The translations under genes were made by a program, and so were the position numbers. From positions 140,772 through 204,771 of the forward strand of contig JAQUOD010000002.1 of the NCBI GenBank assembly GCA_028717245.1: a stretch of DNA of 64,000 nucleotides. The letters are read 5' to 3'. Source of the stretch: Candidatus Omnitrophota bacterium (lineage in GTDB: Bacteria; Omnitrophota; Gorgyraeia; Gygaellales; Profunditerraquicolaceae). The notes under the pieces are model-generated. The model worked only from the letters and a program-made list of their open reading frames with translations, was not told the DNA's origin and did not search any database. This document shows positions 63,001-64,000 of the stretch, in pieces (the first letter of the stretch is position 1; each line of letters opens with the position of its first letter).

Positions 63001-63998
63001 AGGGTTACTTGAGTAGAGCATTGGAAAAGTTACAAGTTCATAGCCGTAAAGAGGCAGTAAAAATATTCTTGGCAGGAGAGGCATCCTTAGGGAAAGAGGG
63101 CCTACCGGCCGCATCCGAAATCAAGCCCGGAGTAGCAGAGAATAAGGAACTCGGAGTCAACTTCCTTACCGATGGCACAGATATGATAAGTTCGGGAATT
63201 GGAATCGAACGCCCGTCATCGTGGCCGCCTTGGGGTATGGTCACGAGAAAATTAGAAAGCGGAATCGAGCCGTTAGGCGGGGCAGGGCAGAAAGATTTTA
63301 GTAGCTTTAAGATTGACCCCAGGCCGGTAGAATACGGGTTAAGGCACCCTATATTTGTTGCCTATGATATGGCGCAAAAGGAAGTGGTGAATCCTAACAA
63401 CGAAGAGAAAGTCGCCCTTTATGGTTGCTCCGGGGCTGACTACTCAAGCATAATGCTCTCCACTAATGCCACCGAGATTTATTTGGTTGATAGGACACCT
63501 ATTAATATACCAAGGCTGCGGGAATTATTTGCTTATTGGGATGAGTTAAAGCAAGGCGATAAAGTTAAGGATTACCTTCAATTTGAACAAACTCGGAATT
63601 ATGCAAGAGGCAGCGAAGGCGGAATGGCAAACCTCGAGCTGAAATTAGTTCTTCAGTTACAGGCTATGGGGGTAAAAAAAGAAGATATGGAGGAGCCCAT
63701 TGATAATTTGGATGGTGCAGTTACGCTCAAATTTAAATGGGCATATTTCGGGCAAAAAATAAAGCCCTATGTTATTACTTATATAGAAGCGGACATTATT
63801 AATCCTGATAATTATCCGCAAAGGCCGAACGAAGTTTTAAGAAAAGGAATTGATATTTATTATCAGAAAGCAGCTTGCGAGATGACAGGAAGATACTACA
63901 GGTATTTAGTATCTATTGCCTCAAGCATTAAAGAAGGCGGCTTGCTGATGACAGATGATATTAGCCTTGAAGAGCTGAAAGCTGTAAATCCCGAGCCA
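3..63998 (+). CDS. Fragment of one giant multidomain ORF of at least 21,332 codons, open at both window edges with no start or stop in the window. Predicted to be a membrane-tethered mosaic or polyprotein-like protein.
   Basis: A codon-by-codon walk of the frame starting at position 3 found no TAA, TAG or TGA across the whole window. Recognisable protein motifs appear in this same frame at both ends (GlgB at the 5' end, LuxR HTH at the 3' end) and throughout. I confirmed the frame at spot checks near 20403, 28563, 46542 and 62883. The other five frames carry only short ORFs, as in the supplied track. The absence of any listed ORF in this frame fits a frame that is never closed by a stop. Confidence 0.9.
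57..1977 (+). other. glgB: Domain: 1,4-alpha-glucan (glycogen) branching enzyme, essentially full length (CBM48 N-domain, GH13 catalytic barrel, C-terminal beta domain).
   Basis: Translation shows GKHYQAHEKLGAHVV, then FAVWAPNALEVSVIGDFNKWN (CBM48). GH13 region I is GVIIDWVPAHF, region II GLRVDAVASM (nucleophile Asp), region III AILTIAEEST (acid/base Glu), region IV LSHDEVVHGKGSL. The C-terminus ends ...LPPLGMLILKVN, where free-standing GlgB proteins normally stop, but the frame continues. Confidence 0.9.
2190..2720 (+). other. Domain: Nudix / isopentenyl-diphosphate isomerase type 1-like fold.
   Basis: HRTAHIIIINKKGEVLLGVRGKKAHSSQGKIDISCAGHVAIEDGRDTAFEEIKGEL resembles the IDI/Nudix core (HRAFSVFLFN.KGELLLQQR...PG..TNSCCSHP...E...ELGI). 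Confidence 0.45.
4590..5200 (+). other. Domain: ribulose-phosphate 3-epimerase-like TIM barrel. The first metal-binding motif looks degenerate.
   Basis: LHTDWTDIEF (compare LHvDvMDGHF), then LPVDAHLMVVV...AGADIIIVHFKD...KVGIALKIPEPIKEI...IDTVLLLAVDPGYGGSPFD...KVEIQVDGGI...AGADILISGSAIFKA matches the RPE pattern (dvHLMv...aGAd.itvH.E...GlalnP.T...vDlvLlMsVnPGFGGQ.F...ieVDGG...aGad.lVaGSaiF). Confidence 0.55.
5760..5960 (+). other. Recurrent domain of unknown function, copy A (TADQ[YF]E motif).
   Basis: ITEVGGHELIVNVTADQYEFKDSGAFGAAAYYDLGVVVIPIEALEDGTLFMY aligns with a second copy about 50 kb downstream, VRCRIAGYDFILDITADQFEIRDLTGRYQQLGIVVLPSVIAQRNPARFWMY. Confidence 0.4.
7540..8030 (+). other. 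HExxH metalloprotease-like motif followed by a multi-helix hydrophobic (membrane) segment.
   Basis: FAPAIVPHEIAHLLRAI (cat gaa att gcg cat at about 7558-7572) is followed by hydrophobic stretches GWITNIVLAAISLIVLCHAPALIIIWIFLTNLFLTIF, NPFIAGCLLLFIPVVSGFIINSC and YFFIIGLVLLVAILAIFILNY. Confidence 0.4.
9270..9570 (+). repeat. TPR repeat array encoded by near-identical 102-nt tandem DNA units.
   Basis: Protein: NNLGNTYAKLGRYAEAIAEYQAALRLNPNYAAAH / NNLGGTYFILGQYAEAIAEHQAALRLNPNYAAAH / NNLGRIYFGLGRYPEAIDSLARAVNLRPE. DNA 9331-9407 and 9433-9509 are near-identical (atgctgaggcaatagcagaa[t/c]atcaagcggccttaaggctcaatcctaactatgctgcagcccacaacaacctcggt). The string aacaacctcggt recurs at about 9296, 9398 and 9500. 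Confidence 0.85.
12600..14000 (+). other. PEP-utilizing-enzyme-like module: phosphohistidine swivel domain plus PEP/pyruvate-binding TIM barrel signatures (PPDK / PEP synthase / Enzyme I family).
   Basis: TKGGATVTLQGGPGAHAIIIATQFGYCVVGG then LPLTVDGNKGLVY matches the swivel-domain signature GGxTSHAAIIARelGIPaVVG...vtvDG.tG.vy, with the His retained. Downstream ISHGTNDQTQ matches the barrel motif SiGTNDLtQ, and LCGEAQNS matches the conserved MCGE region. A possible degenerate second swivel-like stretch (ASGMVITGQIEDNSPLLYKARQLGIPTMLVEE) sits near 14330-14450. Confidence 0.5.
16130..18680 (+). other. Long array of PBS-lyase-type HEAT repeats.
   Basis: About 30-residue repeats of the form D.d..VR..AaeALgkiG.paa...Li.aLkD.d..V, e.g. 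DSHSDVRSDAADVLEKL, DNDSSVRAQAAEAMGDMGLPAVLLYLMKALKDSDIYVCYKAAEALGKIGPAAAPAVSALIEAL, SYAAQALGEIGIASMPVIDALTEAVEDSNSDVRAKACTALEKL, DSDSNVSSKAAEALLKIGLP, DSDVRSRAADALIKMG. Confidence 0.7.
17297..18217 (+). repeat. Near-identical tandem DNA duplication (unit about 480 nt, 160 aa) inside the HEAT array.
   Basis: 17561-17733 and 18041-18217 are almost identical (...cgttcctacgcagcccaagc[t/c]ttaggagaaatcggcatagcctctatgcctgttatcgatgccttgacggaagccgtagaagatagtaacagcgatgtccgcgccaaggcctgcacagccttagaaaaactcaatgccttaaccgtagaattaaagataaaaagatacatt). gcagccgaagccttaggaaaaatcgggcctgcggctgca occurs at about 17465 and again at about 17945, 480 nt apart. Confidence 0.85.
20090..20540 (+). other. Domain: archaemetzincin-like zinc metalloprotease (peptidase M54-type HEXXHXXGXXXCX4CXM...CXXC signature).
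   Basis: ...ITDADITGYRDGELRRYLFGRSW...VMSVNRPY...LKNALHELGHAFGLRHCDNPGCVMQFSETVEALDKTGLEFCPSCRS. cac gaa tta ggg cat is at 20403-20417 in the giant frame. The His-Glu-x-x-His-x-x-Gly pattern, the third His, two Cys pairs and the Met-turn are all present with archaemetzincin spacing. Confidence 0.65.
21690..22100 (+). other. Domain: HD metal-dependent phosphohydrolase.
   Basis: ERASHHGLSHSSRMWEKAKILIERL...DIEVLIAAVFLHDIATAY...PQHGEISAQ...ILAVLEAIRLHDAY...ILFDVDEIDAFG shows the H...HD...H...H...D...D residue series typical of HD domains. Confidence 0.6.
22540..22670 (+). other. Predicted transmembrane hairpin.
   Basis: PKIIIAIALAAVGATLAAVFLPGYEKEIAVIAPLLMLLGIIKS: two hydrophobic helices separated by a short polar turn. 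Confidence 0.5.
24290..24500 (+). other. Predicted transmembrane hairpin.
   Basis: LPTMTGLMGPLAAVTIILSMVLAQYILGSGF...AGILPDLSRLGLAGLLLPPLVLLGMAMSG. Confidence 0.5.
25080..25640 (+). other. Macro-like (ADP-ribose-binding/processing) module, copy 1 of a tandem pair.
   Basis: GITKADLGEIPSDAIIIGLDSNMTDQTGFADKAIRIIASKLFF...PGWKYAISVITHSPE...KASSVTITIFKAINDKTSAKWMLSAIEEF fits the macro pattern (gDIt...DAIVNaANs.L.gGgGV.gAI...aG...yviHtVgP...SiAfPaIstG). It is paralogous to copy 2. Confidence 0.4.
26390..26940 (+). other. Macro-like module, copy 2.
   Basis: IGNLEIAIVREDIGKIKSDAVIVCLNSDMKADTGTAEKIVATVADTDYY...PGWQYVINTITHQSK...RLRSVTIPVIKLSNDETSANWLVTPVGNFIRDKKPRNLEKITIV aligns residue for residue with copy 1 (PGWKYAISVITHSPE...SVTITIFKAINDKTSAKWMLSAIEEFARDSKPRNLKRIII). 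Confidence 0.4.
27320..28720 (+). other. Domain: enolase-like (N-terminal capping domain plus C-terminal barrel, with enolase signature residues).
   Basis: N-domain: IKDIYVFKVQ...GGISKGKSEPETHPSIDQAIEFFNKNV...RFSYIGAELSVGISMICSIAFAERLGVPL (compare lGANAILaVSlAaakAaA...gvPLY). Barrel: YALDIASSEMY (DvAASEfY), ISVEDWADESKLEHW (sIEDPFdqdDWeaW), LQKPNQSAEEL (IKvNQIGtlTE), VFSHRSTRPE (SHRSGETED). The metal-ligand Asp/Glu/Asp and the Lys/His positions appear retained. The N-domain SGASTG loop is replaced by GGISKG. Confidence 0.6.
29000..30070 (+). other. Domain: alkaline-phosphatase-superfamily phosphomutase-like metalloenzyme (cofactor-independent phosphoglycerate mutase / phosphopentomutase-like).
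   Basis: ISIITIGQDGMP (compare vLiilDGlgd), LILYGDHGSVDDTSQPGHSF (compare tADHGnDPT..gt.Ht), DTQADIAVTVLHILGIAKPEEMTGKSLL (compare DiaPTiLdLlGlekP.eMtGksLl). Confidence 0.5.
31040..31230 (+). other. Predicted transmembrane segment (2-3 helices).
   Basis: GIALLNMLLVLFGLGIVVSLLLGVF...LNWFVPMSGVGISALIFLVGVL. Confidence 0.5.
33390..33690 (+). other. Domain: GNAT N-acetyltransferase.
   Basis: VGQRYYQFEFAGDGQPPLVRFNFIVVDEAYRRQGIGRILMDLSVEKALALGCTE carries the GNAT motif A (V..xxRrqGiG..Ll). Confidence 0.55.
35950..36480 (+). other. Predicted multi-helix membrane segment.
   Basis: AMVSAIVTIILAAFGFRLGL...IVGALFYATSCIV...LFCFSALPLYILCPFISI...ILQWLLSFALIFLFISELPLAIGAGVGFIFVGMAYSGLFGL. Confidence 0.5.
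37380..37780 (+). other. Domain: class I SAM-dependent methyltransferase.
   Basis: Motif I LRFMDLGTGDGGF, an acidic motif II (GIGVNDN), then KSIDIITINAPCL ... SGLVLIRL. Confidence 0.5.
38370..39040 (+). other. Domain: HAD-like hydrolase fold with an atypical motif I (DxH instead of DxD).
   Basis: LAIFDVHGVLLQP (motif I-like), IPIVITSGSEH (motif II Ser/Thr), GKSRYRD (motif III Lys), FFNDWVEGIKAVKESGG (motif IV-like). Confidence 0.35.
40740..41130 (+). other. Domain: class I SAM-dependent methyltransferase.
   Basis: GKVWVDVGPGAGGTLEIAEGL (motif I), RIVAIEKS (motif II), AVDTIIFCSILHEIF (motif IV region), SSGGRILIRDW. Confidence 0.5.
42250..42600 (+). other. Predicted multi-helix membrane segment immediately upstream of the LuxR array.
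   Basis: CILLPILAGLGAGGVVGAAVFAVSSWVMPVILVGIAALAITWIFG...LLILFSLPIISLLLLYLTGHIL...FITPFASGAPILLSLALPIILP. Confidence 0.5.
42600..43700 (+). other. Tandem array of five LuxR/GerE-type helix-turn-helix DNA-binding domains (about 80-aa period).
   Basis: (1) TLKRQILTLAAQGYGNKKIAQEIGLSAVEVNKAMHA; (2) NPLTQRETLVLKLVAQGKSNQGISEVLTISKTAVHGHISCIYSALRKIG; (3) RKVRVVELIAEGKNYKEISIKLTMPIGQVRSEVSKLYQLSGV; (4) LKPREIDTLNLMAQGKTNSEIAEGLQIGLATIEDYVGTIFGKLKV; (5) LTNREMEVLISAADGLSEEEISEKIGIQKRKVREYLKSARRALG. All fit LT.RE.EVL.l.a.G.sNkEIA..L.iS..TV..H...i..KL. Confidence 0.7.
45330..45800 (+). other. Domain: class I SAM-dependent methyltransferase.
   Basis: SILELGSGLGYNAFYAYYQGAKEIRGLDIS (motifs I and II), then NNSFDMVNATFILHRLSKEGQEFAIEEMLRVIKANGLV (motifs IV and V region). 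Confidence 0.5.
46540..47110 (+). other. Domain: radical SAM core (CxxxCxxC cluster-binding motif).
   Basis: VSVTEGCSVQCDYCMRAAG spans 46542 onward in frame. It has the canonical CX3CX2C with an aromatic residue before the third Cys. Confidence 0.45.
47480..47640 (+). other. Domain: minimal nucleotidyltransferase (polymerase-beta-like) fold.
   Basis: GIVQHYYLAGSLARGDFKIPPKDVDFAISL fits the hG[GS]...D.D motif. Confidence 0.45.
54420..54580 (+). other. Internal lipoprotein-signal-peptide-like segment (basic n-region, hydrophobic core, LxxC lipobox-like SAC) followed by a Ser/Thr/Pro-rich linker. It leads into the TPR array.
   Basis: VKNVVRPNLPQGLISLVLILFLSVSLFFSAC KPVGPPAVSNNPTSTPPVVSTPNEPEISL. 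An in-frame ATG lies upstream at 54307, but there is no stop codon anywhere upstream in frame. Confidence 0.4.
54580..55150 (+). other. TPR repeat array.
   Basis: ...NAKRYFEKAIELDPNFAEAYANIGTLYGESTEYEMAIEYLNKAVYLDPNSAVAYANLGKAW...AVKYLTRAIELDPRYKDAYYDLAIAYRIIKDYDRAEGVLLKLIENRPDDANAYKNLGAVYVKKGDF...AIEYFQKAADLDPN. Confidence 0.8.
55650..55860 (+). other. Recurrent domain of unknown function, copy B (TADQ[YF]E motif).
   Basis: HHFVRCRIAGYDFILDITADQFEIRDLTGRYQQLGIVVLPSVIAQRNPARFWMY, see copy A at 5760-5960. Confidence 0.4.
57030..57710 (+). other. Domain: metallo-beta-lactamase fold.
   Basis: MHTLIDSGDRQ (motif 1 Asp), IILTHHHFDHSG (HxHxDH), ARALVHP, MIFSGDLWL (Asp), EVKPGHGGPF (His). Confidence 0.6.
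58390..58750 (+). other. Two LuxR/GerE-type HTH domains.
   Basis: LNPPELEMLRFIIDGDKAKTKEIQSKSDSSLSRYLKGILEDL and LTKHEQEILILIARGYSRKMIAAKLGIRQHRVKIEIRKICDDFGI. Confidence 0.6.
59610..60000 (+). other. Two tandem XRE (Cro/C1)-type HTH domains.
   Basis: RRIEFFRYKEGWSQEELASQCRVATMEVKRWENGVFIPAPEMMLRLAEIFNVEVSELM and KQIELLRYEKGWTQKELALKCAVGTTTVRYWEYGMSSPNLQYRQRLVNILG. Confidence 0.65.
62890..63060 (+). other. LuxR/GerE-type HTH domain.
   Basis: LSKSELDALKLVAQGYATLDIARSLGLTKKTVQGYLSRALEKLQVHSRKEAVKIFL, read in frame from 62883. Confidence 0.7.
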
Positions 63999-64000
63999 TT

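Noticed and set aside
1-64000. Considered that the stop-free frame might be an artefact of an alternative genetic code (for example TGA or TAG reassignment) joining several ordinary genes.
   Set aside because: All three stop codons (TAA, TAG, TGA) are absent from the frame, while they are abundant in the other five frames. No known code reassigns all three.
1-64000. Looked for tRNA, rRNA, promoters, terminators, IS/transposase (DDE) or integrase signatures and inverted-repeat termini.
   Set aside because: None recognised. There is no non-coding DNA in the window to host promoters or terminators. No transposase or integrase-like motifs were seen in the translation.

Overview
The whole 64,000-nt window lies inside one uninterrupted reading frame on the + strand. 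The frame is the one whose codons start at positions 3, 6, 9 and so on. I walked all of it codon by codon and found no TAA, TAG or TGA for about 21,332 codons. The other five frames are full of stops. The supplied ORF track lists only short alternate-frame and antisense ORFs and nothing in this frame, which fits a frame with no stop anywhere in the window. This looks like a fragment of a giant gene longer than 64 kb, open at both ends, with no start or stop in view. I see no intergenic DNA, promoters, terminators, tRNA, rRNA, CRISPR or transposase signatures.

The translation is protein-like throughout and reads as a mosaic of domains that are normally separate proteins. In order they are:
- a complete glycogen branching enzyme (GlgB: CBM48, GH13 catalytic and C-terminal domains, all four GH13 catalytic regions intact);
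- a Nudix/isopentenyl-diphosphate-isomerase-like domain;
- a ribulose-phosphate-3-epimerase-like TIM barrel;
- TPR arrays;
- a PEP-utilizing-enzyme-like module (phosphohistidine swivel motif plus the GTND.TQ / LCGE barrel motifs);
- a long PBS-lyase-type HEAT-repeat array;
- an archaemetzincin-like zinc protease motif (HELGHAFGLRHC..C..M..CPSC), plus three further HExxH sites;
- an HD phosphohydrolase domain;
- two tandem macro-like modules;
- an enolase-like domain directly followed by a phosphomutase-like metalloenzyme domain (iPGM/DeoB-like);
- a GNAT acetyltransferase;
- three to four class-I SAM methyltransferases;
- a HAD-like domain;
- a radical-SAM CxxxCxxC core;
- a minimal nucleotidyltransferase;
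- a metallo-beta-lactamase fold;
- at least eight LuxR/GerE-type HTH domains, five of them in a tandem array, and two XRE-type HTH domains.

These are punctuated by at least a dozen short hydrophobic hairpins that look like membrane anchors. Near-identical intragenic DNA tandem repeats occur inside the TPR and HEAT arrays.

Composition is moderately AT-rich. Together with the gene size this is reminiscent of the giant genes reported from Omnitrophota-like uncultivated bacteria, but that is inference only. All domain calls are by-eye motif recognition, not database hits. Domain boundaries are approximate, typically within about 50 nt.
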